Notes: generated by a model from the letters alone, not told the origin. Counted from the first letter of the stretch, positions 38,629-50,964 are shown. The stretch is 64,000 nt of DNA from Octopus bimaculoides (GCF_001194135.2 NC_069000.1:44126810-44190809); one strand, 5' to 3'. Numbers and translations are program-made.

Positions 38629-38820
38629 CAGGGGTTCCCAACCAATTTTTGTCTATGGGCCCCTTAGATTTCTATTTTACTCAAATAGACCCACCATAGC
38701 CCTTTAATTTTTCCTAATCCCATTATAGTTTTACGTTTTGTGTATCGTAGAAGTACAACCAAAACAGCTAAATCTTATACGAACCTCCAAGAGGTATGTG
38801 GAGCCTGGTTGAGAACCTCT
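38629..38820. mobile_element. hAT-type MITE
   Basis: TIRs CAGGGGTTCCCAACC and GGTTGAGAACCTCT. Confidence 0.7.
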
Positions 38821-38823
38821 AGT

Positions 38824-39068
38824 ACAATGGTTCCCAACCTTTCCGCAGTGGTTCTCAACCCTTTTATTTAAATGAGTTTTCCCCACAGGCCCCTTTTTAA
38901 TATGCTTACCATTACGTGTGTGTGTGTGTGTGTATATGTGTATATCCTATGTGTATGTATGTATATATATATATATACACACACACACACAAGAAATTTT
39001 TAATTTAGTTCATGGACCCCCTTTGCAGACCACCAAGGGTCTGCAGACCACAGGCTGGGAACCACTAC
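38824..39068. mobile_element. hAT-type MITE(s), tandem or nested
   Basis: CAATGGTTCCCAACC and CAGTGGTTCTCAACC left ends; right end GGCTGGGAACCACT. Confidence 0.65.
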
Positions 39069-39334
39069 TCTAATATGAATCAAACACATACTCCTTATGG
39101 AACAGACAAGCAGGTCATAAGGATTTCTTTAAAAAAATAAAAAATAAACACAAAAATGAGTCATACCACACTGCAAACTACTACTACTACTACTACTACT
39201 AATAATAATAATAATAATAATGGTTCTTCCTATAGGCACAAGGCCTTACATTTTACAGGCAGATGTGCTTGTCTTACAGGAACCCCAGTGCTCAACAGGT
39301 ACTTATTAACTCCCAACTATGCGCTAAGAACAGG

Positions 39335-39500
39335 TGCAGTCATGGCTGTGTGGTTAAGAAGTTTCTCTCCCAACCATGTGGTTTCAGGTTCAGTCCCACT
39401 GTGTGGCACCTTGTGTGAGTGGGTCTTTTACTATATATAGCCCTGGGTCAACCAAAGCTTTTATGTGTGGATTTTGTAGATGGAAACTGAAAGAAACCTA
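39335..39500 (+). mobile_element. SINE family A head
   Basis: A box TGGCTGTGTGG, B box GGTTCAGTCCC, then GGCACCTTG. Confidence 0.85.
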
Positions 39501-39863
39501 TCATACATGTATGTAAATGTGTGTTTGTTTACATTTTTGCCTCACCAAAATTAACCGAGCTGCTGGCTGTGATGTCAACTGGATGTTAGCTTAGCATCTT
39601 CAAAGTCAAGTGGAATAAGATATGCCTTACTTGAGAGATAGGTGTTCATTGACAGGCAGGGCATTCAGGAGTAAAAACAATGCCTTAAATCATGTGTTTG
39701 TCTAACCCATGCTACAAAATGTAAACCTGAGAACAAGCTACAAATGGCCCATGTGATTTATAAATTTTTATTGTGAAAGTGAAAGTTGTAAACTTCATGA
39801 CTGCTACTGTTACATTGATTGTACAACACATTTTCAGAATTGCACCATAGAGCAATTGCAATA

Positions 39864-40090
39864 CAATAATCCCTCAACTATCGCAGGTGTTATGTTCCAA
39901 AACCCACTGCGATAGATGAAAATCCGAAGTAGTGACAGTGATGTACTGTATATTTTTTTCTACTATTCTTATAATTTGTTTATATATATATATATATTAT
40001 TATGAATGCAAAACAACACCACAGAGGAATTAACGAAAGCTTAAATAATAAAGTGTGATTGGTGAACCACGACATAGCAAGGGATTACTG
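39864..40090. mobile_element. Tigger/pogo-type (Tc1/mariner) MITE
   Basis: TA at 39862-39863 and 40091-40092 flank TIRs CAATAATCCCTCAACTAT and ATAGCAAGGGATTACTG. Confidence 0.8.
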
Positions 40091-41789
40091 TACACTATAC
40101 TATACAATAAACTAATGTAAATTAGATACAAAAAATCTATATAAAACATCACAGAAAAATTAGATGATTGATAAGGAAAATATTTTTAAACACAGCACAA
40201 TGCTAAAATAAACACACATACAAAGTAAATATGACTTATGGACTTATGATGAATGATGATGATGAATTGCAGGATCAAATCTCAAAATTGGAAACAACTG
40301 AGTGCATAAACATTTGCCTGGTGATGAGGCAAGTATGCATTGCCAAGTATCAGTTTATGTCCTGAAGATGAGCCTGTGAAAGTCTAGAAAGGCTGATGAT
40401 TGCAATAGATTTAGGGATTTTATTACTTTGGATAAAGAAAAAAACCGTGTTGAGAATGTTAAAGCTACCACAGTTGAGAACTCAATACATTTAAAATTAT
40501 ATGTGTATGTATATCTATACACATGCACACACATATATATATATATATTACACACACACACACACACATGTGTACACATTGATATATTTCTATACACATA
40601 CATATATCCACATGGATATGTTATAATGTAGTGTCAACGTGGGATGTTTAATACAATTTTTTTTTTGCGTGTGTGTGTAATGAAGAAAGCAACTTTTAAC
40701 TAAACATAAGGTTGGCCTTGTAAGTGCCTTGTAAGATAATTTAGGGATAAAGAAACTGTTGAACCACAGCTGGAACGATTCCAGTGCTGATGGTTTACCC
40801 TCGTCACAGCATAAAACTGATTCTGCCTAAAGATTACAATATGGATACCAGGATCTGCTGCATATAAACACAATAATCCATCATGTATATAGTTTCACAG
40901 ATCAAACGACTTTAACACTCGTATGTCGAAATCTACAAGGAAATCTGTATATAAATGTGTTTTCTAAGGCTACATACTGTGTCTCAAGTGCTTTAGATTG
41001 AAGCTGCATTGATTAAATAAATAACAAAGTAGGCAATGGAAACAAATAGTAGAAGATAAGGCATTCAAAGATAAGAAAGACTAACAAGATCTGTGTAAGA
41101 TCTACATAAGGAAAATAAATTATAAGACTACAAGATATCCAAAACACAAATACATACGTGAAAGAGAGTTGTGGTCATTTTTAGAGCTTGTTTGTTTTAA
41201 GTACTATCTCGTATCAGGCTGATTATTATTGCACTGCTGTGTATTGTAATGTTTGTCTACATCTGTCCCTGTGGTAAAAATTAGCAATACAACAATATCG
41301 GGAATGATAGAACGATAGCCTTTCTCAAAATTTGATTTGTGCCCACAAAAGAAATCATAATTATATTTACATTTCGGAGTTGTACTTGTGTAGGAAATGA
41401 CTTCATCTGTGACAATGTGAAGACATGAAGCAATTTGGAGTGGTGGACTCAGTCATTTAAGTCACCAAAACACACACAAAAAGAAAAAAACAACACCTTC
41501 TCCTGCTAAATTCAGTTTTTACCATGTTTTATGAGGTATTAAAGTATCCAGAGACCACATCATTGATAGAGTACCTCTGCAATTTCATTGCTAGCAGAAA
41601 TGTTAAATTGTCCAACAAAATGCTTTCTGGATCTTTACCTTTTGAGATCAAATCCCACCAAGGTCAATGTTGCCTTTCATCCTTTTAAAGTTGATGCTAT
41701 GATCTAAACCCTGGGCTTCAAACTGTCAGCATTATTCCTAAATCACAAACAATTATTATTATTATTATTATTATTGTTATTACCATTAT

Positions 41790-41968
41790 TATTGAATTGT
41801 TAGAGCATTGGACAAACTGCTTAGCAGAATCTCTGCTGGCTCTTTATGTTCCGAGTTCAAATTCTGCCAACATCAACTTCGCCTTTCATGGTCAATAAAA
41901 TAAAGTACCAGTCAAGTACTAACATCAGTGTAATCAACTTGCCTCCTCCCCTCACAATTGCTGGCCTT
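41790..41968 (+). mobile_element. SINE family B
   Basis: GTTCCGAGTTCAAATTCTGCC...CTTCGCCTTTCAT...AAAGTACCAGTCAAGTACT. Confidence 0.8.
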
Positions 41969-41975
41969 ATTATTA

Positions 41976-42311
41976 TTATTAACTCTGCCTTAGCGAAAGG
42001 AGAGGTATTGTTTCAGTTGCATTTGTTTGTTTGTTTGTCCGTCTGTGGACAAGATATTTCAAGAACCACTGCATGGATTCATATGAAACTTTCAGGGATG
42101 TTTGGCCTCATGACTGGAATGAACTGATCACATTTTGGGATCGATCTGGTACCAGACAAGGATTCTGCATTATTTTTCTGTTTCTTTTATTTTTGAGAGC
42201 GGTCGGGTTCATTTTTAGTATTCTCATTTGTGAGAGCAGTCGAGTTTATTTCAGATATTCTCATTTTAAAAATCATCTCCGGCTAATCATTGGTGTTGCC
42301 TTGGCAGAGGT
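41976..42311 (+). mobile_element. Helentron-associated (DINE-1-like) non-autonomous element
   Basis: Subterminal inverted repeat CTCTGCC (41983-41989) and GGCAGAG (42303-42309), internal (GTTT)n-GTCC-GTCT microsatellite and ATGAAACTTTCAGG core. Confidence 0.65.
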
Positions 42312-42412
42312 CAGGGTCGATAAATTAAGTACCAGTTGCATAGTGAGGTCGAACTAATCGACTGCCCCCCCCCCTCACTCCAAATTTCAGGCCTTGTGCC
42401 TAGAGTAGAAGA
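42312..42412 (+). mobile_element. SINE family B 3' half
   Basis: GGGTCGATAAATTAAGTACCAGTTGCAT...TTTCAGGCCTTGTGCCTAGAGTAGAA. Confidence 0.85.
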
Positions 42413-42617
42413 GAAATATGTTAATATTTTCTATGGTAGTGGACTGGTTAAAAAAAAACAAAAAGAACTTTGGCCTAAAATGATTTGTACCCTTGGTTCC
42501 GGTGCCTTCTGAGTTCATGTCATATCCATTCTTTCCACTTTCCAGCAGCCATAATTCTTAAGCACCCAGAGATCAGACCAAAGACCTACCAGAGAATGTC
42601 AAACAGCTACAGAGTCC

Positions 42618-42790
42618 ATTATTTACATTTGACAGATATTTGTCCTCATCTTGTTTGTTGTTAACACAACGTTTCAGCAGATGTACCCTCCAGCCTTCAT
42701 CAGGTGTCTTGGGAAAATTTCAAACCTGGGTCCTCATTCCATCAAATGTAAATAATCTACATAGTTCCTCATCTCTTAAATATGGAACTG
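42618..42790 (-). mobile_element. Penelope-like pseudo-LTR relic with an inverted segment
   Basis: Carries the hammerhead core; perfect 15-bp inverted repeat at 42618-42632 and 42742-42756. Confidence 0.6.
42663..42708 (-). ncRNA. Minimal type I hammerhead ribozyme motif
   Basis: Minus strand: GACAC CUGAUGA A GGCUG GAGGGUACAU CUGCU GAA ACGU U GUGUU. Stem I is GACAC/GUGUU, stem II has one U-U mismatch, and palindromic ACGU replaces stem III. Confidence 0.65.
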
Positions 42791-43224
42791 AACTACAGAG
42801 TCTCCAAAGAACTAATTGTTCTTTGGTCTTCCTTTGAAAAGGAGAAGTGGAAATTCATCTTGCTTAGTAGACAAGGATTTCCTTCCCTGCCTCCAAGAAA
42901 AGCTTATCAATTTCTTAAAGTACCACTTGAAGAGGATGGAACTAATGGTGGTGGTGATAAGTATTACTGCTCTCTAGTGAATTTCTAGGAAAACGGGTGA
43001 GAGAGTAAAGAGTCTGGAATAACAGATGGATGAATGGACCAGCCATTCAGGCTTGTCTGTCTGTGTGGATTGGAGCAAATGACCATCAGGTGTGCTCTAA
43101 TCACCCTGACAGGACACATCTGTGGTTGTAAACCAGTTTAGGGATTCTGGCCTTATTTATACATCAGGTTGCATACATATATCTCTTATTTTTGACATGT
43201 TTCACTTATTGGCCTTTGACCTTG

Positions 43225-43318
43225 ATGGCATTTTGAACTCAGAACAGTAAAAGCTGGAAGAGATGCCGTTAAGCATTTTGTCTGGCAATAATAATTCTGC
43301 CAGCTTCACTGCCTTTAT
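43225..43318 (-). mobile_element. SINE family B head
   Basis: TTTGAACTCAGAAC...GTTAAGCATTTTGTCTGG...AATTCTGCCAGCT. Confidence 0.75.
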
Positions 43319-43364
43319 AATAATAATGTTGCAATATTCAATTACATGTCTAAACTGGAAATAG

Positions 43365-43645
43365 CATAATTAATGTGTACAGATATTGGCATAATATATG
43401 TGCAGATATCGGCATAATTTATGAGCAGATATCGGCATAATTTATGAGCAGATATCGGCATAATTTATGAGCAGATATCGGCATAATTTATGAACAGATA
43501 TTGGCATAATTTATGTGCAGATATTGACATAATTTATGTGCAGATATTAACATAATTTATGAACAGATATTGGCATAATTTATGTGCAGATAATTAGCAT
43601 AATTTATGTGCAGATATTAACATTATATGTTTACAGATGATATTA
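43365..43645. repeat. 23-bp minisatellite, about 12 copies
   Basis: Unit CAGATAT(C/T)GGCATAATTTATG(A/T)G; copies start at 43380, 43403, 43426, 43449, 43472, 43495, 43518, 43541, 43564, 43587, 43611, 43634. Confidence 0.95.
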
Positions 43646-44177
43646 ACCTCATTTGTGAGCACAGTTGATAAAAATAAGCACCAGTTGAACACCAGGCCTC
43701 AAAACTTGCTGGCCTTCTGCTAAAATTACAATTCTCATCATCATTAGAAGCTGAAGTCTCGACTCATAAACTGTGCTTCACACTTCTGATTATTCAAACA
43801 ATTCAGGCAACATCACAATATACTTGCAAAATGACTTCCACTGATACATCACTATGCTGTTTCCCATCAACATCATTCACATTACACACAAACATCCCCT
43901 TTCTATATACTTATCTATCCTCCTAACTGTGTAGCCAACTTACTGCCCTAACCACACACATATATTGAAAATTTCCATCAATTACTTCATATTTTTGAAA
44001 TACTTCAACTGAGGAAGGTTTACGCAATGGATGCATTTCCAATTATATACAATACAAAACCTGAAACGCACATAATAAATGATTTCAAAATATCACTATT
44101 TTGTTTGACTTCATTATTACAAAAAACACAGCTATGCCACTACATACTAGGTGGTCTTGACTCCACTTATGCAGATG

Positions 44178-44224
<47 letters not shown>

Positions 44225-44539
44225 CTATGCCGGCATGGAACATGGATGTTAAATGATGGTGATGATGACATACAAATGTATCAAAATAACCCAGGGCATT
44301 TCGTCCCCGTTTATATCATAAAACAGCATATATAACATATGGTGCATCATGCCTGAATGCAAGGTGTGCAATGCAGACTGAAAACACAGAAACAAATCTA
44401 ATTTTAATATGAATCCTTCAGTATTATGAGACAGCTGGAAAGTGGGTAAATACGTGCTGTGTGGGTTGTATGTAAGTACCCTGCTTCGTTAAAATAGGTT
44501 TGAGTTTTAAAAGTGCTCACCCAGTGCCTCTGGTACATT

Positions 44540-44735
44540 TGTGTGTGTATGTGTGTGTGAACACGTGCGTGAGTGTGTGAACACGTGCATGTGTGTGAGT
44601 GCAAACGCGCATGTGTGTGAGTATGAACGCGTGTATATGTGTGAGAGTGTGAATGCGCGTGTGTGAACGCGCGTGCGTGTGCGTGTGAACGCACATGTGT
44701 GTATGAACGTGTTTGTGAATGTGTGTGTTTGTATG
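44540..44735. repeat. Degenerate alternating purine-pyrimidine minisatellite (GTGTGTGAACACGTGC-like)
   Basis: TGAAC(A/G)CG recurs about 7 times in a GT/GC background. Confidence 0.75.
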
Positions 44736-45589
44736 CTATTTGATATTTCACAAACAGTCCTATAAGTACATATACTTCTGTCAGTGTATTAAGACTGTAG
44801 CCTTAGTATTATGTCATTTACACACACACACATCATAAATATCATCATTTAACACCCATCTTCCATGCTACCACACACAAACACACACACATTCATATAT
44901 ATATATATATACACAGCTACATCAATTTCACCGTGATTGTCCACACAATAAACAGGCCCTGAATGTCCAGTGATTGCACTTAAAGAAATCTTTCTTATTT
45001 GCCTTTCATTCTCTGGAATGGCTGCTGAGGATCGATAAAATAATTTCTACAAGAACCAAAAACTGACCTAAATGCTTGTTCTCCCCGTTTCTCCCCAGAA
45101 TTTTTCGTATGGTACCAAAGTGAGAAGAAATTTCCATTAACATTTTGGTGAGGAATGATGCCAAAAACTGTGACCAAGCTGGAGCAATGATTAAATACTT
45201 TTGTTTTTAAATAATACAGCTCCACTGCCAAGATCAAACTATACTTCAGCCCCCCCAGGGTTGACAAAATAAAGCCCAGTGAAATACTGAGGTTGATGGT
45301 ATTAACCAATCCCCCCCCCCCAACACACACACACTCCCACACCCAACTCAAAACAGATGGCTCTGTACCTAAATTAGAAACCTAAGATAATTATAATAAT
45401 AATCCTTTTTACTATAGGCATAAAGCCCAAANNNNNNNNNNNNNNNNNNNNNNNNNNNNNNNNNNNNNNGAGTACGTTGATTACATCAATCCCAGTGGTC
45501 AACTGGTACTCATTTTATCGACCCCCTGAAAGGACCAATAGTTGGACTCAGCATGTAGCTGCTAAACAATACTGCTCTAACAATAATGG

Positions 45590-45775
45590 TTTCTAATTTA
45601 GGCACAAGGCCAGCAATTTCGAGAGTAATTCGATAGCGTTGATAGGAGTGCTTGATGGATACTTTCTTTTATTGACCCTGGAGTGGGAGAAAGGCAAAGC
45701 TGTCCATGGTGGGATTTGAATTCAGAAGAAATACCATAAAGAAGTTTGTACAACCATCAAACAATTTTGCCAATA
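45590..45775 (-). mobile_element. SINE family B
   Basis: TTTAGGCACAAGGCCAGCAATTT...AAAGGCAAAGCTGTCCATGGTGGGATTTGAATTCAGAA. Confidence 0.7.
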
Positions 45776-45781
45776 ATATTA

Positions 45782-46105
45782 AACCAAGGCAGTTGATTAA
45801 GTACCAGTTGCGTACTGAGGTCGATCTAATCGACTGGCCCGCTCTCCAAAAATTTCGGACCTTGTGCCTAGAGTAGAAAAGAATATAATAAAGGCGACGA
45901 GCTGGCAGAATCATTAGCATGCCTGGCAAAATGCTTAGCGGTATTTCGTTTATCTTTACGTTCTGAGTTCAAATTCCGCCAAGGTCAACTTCACCTTTCA
46001 TCCTTTCGGGATCAATAAATTAATTACCAGTTGCATACTGGGGTCTATCTAACCAACTGGCCCCCTCCCCCAAAACTTCAGGCCTTGTGCCTAAAGTACA
46101 AAAGA
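45782..46105 (+). mobile_element. SINE family B: 3' half plus an adjacent full-length young copy (45891-46105)
   Basis: AAGGCGACGAGCTGGCAGAATCATTAGC (A box)...GTTCTGAGTTCAAATTCCGCC (B box)...GGCCTTGTGCCTAAAGTACAAAAG. Confidence 0.9.
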
Positions 46106-46109
46106 ACAT

Positions 46110-46490
46110 TAAACCTGTTAAAACAATAATGCTGTCTTTATTTCAATTAAATCTGAAAATAATGAAGAATTTGATAACACAACTCCCAGGAGTAATTTGG
46201 TGTTTGGAACATAAATTAACATAACATTTGGATGGAAGCTATTCTATTTAGATCACTTTAACCCTTGTGTTACCATATCTCTGTTGAAACGCACCACCTT
46301 TGTTTCAATAAATTTTGAAAAAATAAAGAAGGAATTTATTCGAATATCTTTATTATTAAGCTGGTGTTTGATGCATAAATTAACATGAAATTTAGGTGGA
46401 TGGTTTTCAAATTACTTTAAAAAGATGAAGTTTGTATCGTAGAAACAAGGGCAGTCTCCAGTAGGTTGGATTGGTATCAGAAGAGTTGAA
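46110..46490. mobile_element. Two TTAA MITE copies in tandem or nested
   Basis: A partial copy ends at GATCACTTTAA; a second copy starts right at that TTAA (46258-46261) with CCCTTGTGTTACCATAT and ends TGGTATCAGAAGAGTTGAA. Confidence 0.75.
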
Positions 46491-46821
46491 TAGATTTCTA
46501 ATGGAAAACCAGAAAAACAAGAAGACTGAAGGCAGCGAAGAGAAACGGCCATGTTTGATATTAGATGCAGGCAGGCTTTGCAGATGATGAATAAATTGTT
46601 TTTTTTTTTTTTTCTTTTTTTGTAGATGATGGTGGTGGGACAAGGCTAAGCCAATGTTAGGACAATAAACTGCTGCTGCTGATGAAGAATCAACAGGTAA
46701 AAAGGAGAAAGGAAGAGTAAGACAAGTAACAACTGTGTGATTGTGTGTGGAGCAGAATCGATTACACACTGAACAAGGATAACGGTGTAGAACAAAGAAA
46801 CAACCAACATACTGTACATCA

Positions 46822-46905
<84 letters not shown>

Positions 46906-47266
46906 AGGTTCGATTCTTATAGGCAATTTCCTAGTCTTCTCTTTCATATACACGTACATAAATGAGTCAATGTGTGTATGTGTGTGTGTGTATATATATA
47001 CACACACATGTGGACATGTACACATATAGCATTACTATATATATATATATATATATATATATCATCATATATATATACACACACAAAATATATGCAGACA
47101 TATGTATATATAATATTACTATATATATATATATATATCATACATATAAACATATACACGTACATATTTTATACATGTATATATATTATACACACCTCAC
47201 ATTTCTGTATTTATATATATATATATATATATATATACATGCATATATTAACATACAATACACATA

Positions 47267-47308
<42 letters not shown>

Positions 47309-47530
47309 ATACACACACATATCATACCCACATATGTGTGCATGAGTGTGTATATGAATATTCTCTCTTTACTGTTGGCTTAGTCACGAAGACTCCAAAA
47401 TCGATTTTGCTATCACTGTCCACACACACACACACACACACATTGTCCTGTGTATGGCTGGCTGAGCGTAATAGCATCTACAAGTGTGTTTAATATTCTG
47501 TGTGCCTCTCTCAGCCTCATAATGAAACAC

Positions 47531-47565
<35 letters not shown>

Positions 47566-47644
47566 ACTACTACTACTACTACTACTACCACCAGGAAGTG
47601 AGTGATTGTCCAATAGACTCAAGTTGTCCAAGACCAACACCTCA

Positions 47645-47912
47645 TTTAAACCGATCGTTTCTCAACCATTTTCAGCCAATGAAACCCTTTGATTCCTATT
47701 TCACGCGACTGGCGTCCCATGTTAGGAAAGGTCCTATTATAATCAAATATTATTAGGAATTGTATTAAAAAATTGTGTATCGTAGACGTATAAGCAATTT
47801 ATTGCTCATAAGATTTAAGAAAAGAAAAAAATCTCATATGGACGCCCCCTCCCCACCAAGAAAAGGTTCAGAATGAAACCCCGGGATGGGAAGCATTAGT
47901 TTAAACAATACA
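47645..47912. mobile_element. Decayed hAT-type MITE
   Basis: Left end CGTTTCTCAACCATTTT; internal TTGTGTATCGTAGA shared with 38629-38820. Confidence 0.5.
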
Positions 47913-48767
47913 GGGGTAAAGAGGAGACCTAATGCAGTCATATATATCTCCCCTTCACTCAGCTTCTTTATTCCGGTCATTTCATTATGTTCAACCGTTA
48001 ATCCCAACACATTTCCCCACCCCGTTTTTTCCCTCTCATCCCTTTTCTGTCAAAGAGTATAAGCTCAAAACTGTCCAAGACTTTTCTATTCTTCCCAAGC
48101 ATCAAACTAATACACCTTCTTGCTGGTCCCTCCCCTGTCTTTTGCTTTCTGTACATTACAACTGTGTGTGTGTGTGTAATTATATGGATGCATACAATAG
48201 GGTATATCCATGACAATGGACTGATGTCAAATAAAAGAAGAAAAGCAGGTGTCAGCAGCAAAAAGAAAAATTCATCAAATGGCCACACCTTAAACAACAC
48301 AACCAGCATTACTGCCTCATTTCTCCCCACCCTGGATCCTTTCTCACTAAACTAACAGCTATGCTACAGCTGCACATCATCACACAAAGTGATAATAGAC
48401 AACTGGGATTAAGTTGGCCATGGAGAACACCTGACTTTCTGGAAAGAAGGTGTATACACACACACACACACACAGAGCTTTTGTTTTGAGAGTGGGATCT
48501 GACTATGGGTGCTACTGTTGTCCATTCACACAGAACCATCGTCGAATTATCAAATAATAATAGCTCCTGTTAATATACTAAGAGTGTATATACACACGCA
48601 TACATATATGTTCACATATTCATATGTATATAAATATATATTCACACATACACACACATGTACCAGTAATATTCTTGACAAGAATGAACTGGCCACACCC
48701 AATGTTCACCTTTCAAGAGAAATTCATCTGGTGTCTCATCAAGTGTGTATGTGCATGTGCGTGTATG

Positions 48768-48823
<56 letters not shown>

Positions 48824-49331
48824 TATTTATGTATCCATATTTTCATTTACTAGAGGTACATGTATGAAAAAGTATATATATATATACACACACACATATA
48901 TATATATATATACATACACACACACGTACAGGTGTAAGGTGAGAACATACAAATATTCAAGTAAAAACCAATTTATATTTTTTTAATTTGTGAATAATTA
49001 CAATAAATTAATGTAGAAGCAAGTTCTTGAGAAAAGTAAAATGATGAAAGCTGATGAGTAATAATGACCATGGGGAGATGATGGTGGTGGTGGGGATTAA
49101 GACGACACTGGACAGATAATGGCTATGACAGTGACATTGGTCATGCAATTATTGAGGATATTAACGATGATGAGGGAGATATTAATGACAATGATGATGA
49201 CGCTAATGATATGTTGATGCAATTGGTTAGCAACAAGATAGTTGGCAAGAAATATCTGCAACACACACACACACACAATGGCCGACTGACTGTCCACATA
49301 GCTTTGTAGTTGTCCACTCATTATGAACGAA

Positions 49332-49393
<62 letters not shown>

Positions 49394-49495
49394 ATGGGCC
49401 TCTGCTTCGTTTTTTTGACTCACTTGTTGCACACAATTCGTAATATATGTATCTACAAATATATGCCTATGTATGTATATTATACACACGTCTTT

Positions 49496-49560
<65 letters not shown>

Positions 49561-49814
49561 CACTCACACAAATACAACTTTTAAAAAATTTATATAATTT
49601 ATGTATAATATTAAAAATATAAATAAACATATACACACACACACACAAACATATACATATATATTTTAAGCACACCTATTTTAAATATAGTGTATATATA
49701 TTCAATCTATAATTTATATACATACACAAAATGTTACTTCTTATGAGAGGAACTGAAAATTAAGGGAGGGCACTGGTTAATTACATCAGCCCCTGTTCTG
49801 GAGGTACTTATGTT

Positions 49815-50085
49815 ATCATCATCATCATCATCATCGTTTAACGTCCGCTTTCCATGCTAGCATGGGTTGGACGATTTGACTGAGGACTGGTGAAACCGGA
49901 TGGCAACACCAGGCTCCAGTCTGATTTGGCAGAGTTTCTACAGCTGGATGCCCTTCCTAACGCCAACCACTCAGAGAGTGTAGTGGGTGCTTTTACGNNN
50001 NNNNNNNNNNNNNNNNNNNNNNNNNNNNNNNNNNNNNNNNNNNNNNTGCCACCCGCACAAGCCAGTCCAGGGGCACTGGCAAACT
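49815..50085 (-). mobile_element. SINE family C, young copy (contains a gap)
   Basis: (CAT)n CGTTTAACGTCCGCTTTCCATGCTAGCATGGGTTGGACG...GGATGCCCTTCCTAACGCCAACCACTC, with CpGs retained. Confidence 0.9.
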
Positions 50086-50221
50086 CCGAAAGTCGACCAC
50101 AATGGAATTCGAACTCAGAATCTGAAGATAGATGAAACGCCATTAAGTATTTTGTCCAGCGCACTATTTCACCAGCTCACCATCTTATGTATGTGCACAC
50201 ACATAAAATATGCATATTAAA

Positions 50222-50257
<36 letters not shown>

Positions 50258-50964
50258 ATATATTATAAATTAACTACTAACAAAAATAATTGGTAAGCTA
50301 ACTTAAAAAATCATCACCTAAATAGCAGAAAAAAACGACAGTGAAGATATGCAGACTCTTCAAGAATCGATCCTTTTGGTTATATTAATATAACTCCTTC
50401 ATTATCATTATTATTAATATACATATATATATATATAAAATATATATATAATATTAAAAAATTCTGAATATATATATATATACATATATATAAAATATAA
50501 AACATTTTATTAAATATATATATAGGAAATATTAAAAAATAATGTGCATGTTGGTAGATATGCAGTAGCGTCTAAGTAATGCACTATGAAGATAAAAGTA
50601 ATGGATTTGCACACATTCACCACTTAATATGCACATACATGCACACAATGCATGAAAGAGGACAATTTCAAAGGGAAACGAAGCAGACTGCACACCGGTG
50701 CATCTGTCAATTTTTGCACCATCACCACGATTATCAAGCAAAATGTAACAGGCTCTAGCAGGCTTCTCTACCACCTGCCATCCTTTTACCAAAAGTCTTT
50801 GATCATATGATTTAATGGAAGGGATGACCAGAGGCTATACACCCTCCACAGTCTTAGAGTTCTCTAACCCAATATATTACAAATTAAACCACTCACTATT
50901 TTGCATTTTTCTTTCTGCCTCCCCACCACCATCACCACTAACAATTTCAATTGTAGTTGAGTTT

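Noticed and set aside
39335-39410. tRNA genes at A/B-box sequences (also 45891 and 34530)
   Set aside because: They are SINE heads followed by SINE bodies, and no complete cloverleaf can be drawn.
39775-39786. GAAAGTGAAAGT (IRF/Blimp-1-type site)
   Set aside because: An isolated motif with no supporting cluster or conservation data.
43365-43645. CRISPR-like regular repeat
   Set aside because: The units are contiguous with no unique spacers, there are no cas genes, and the context is eukaryotic.
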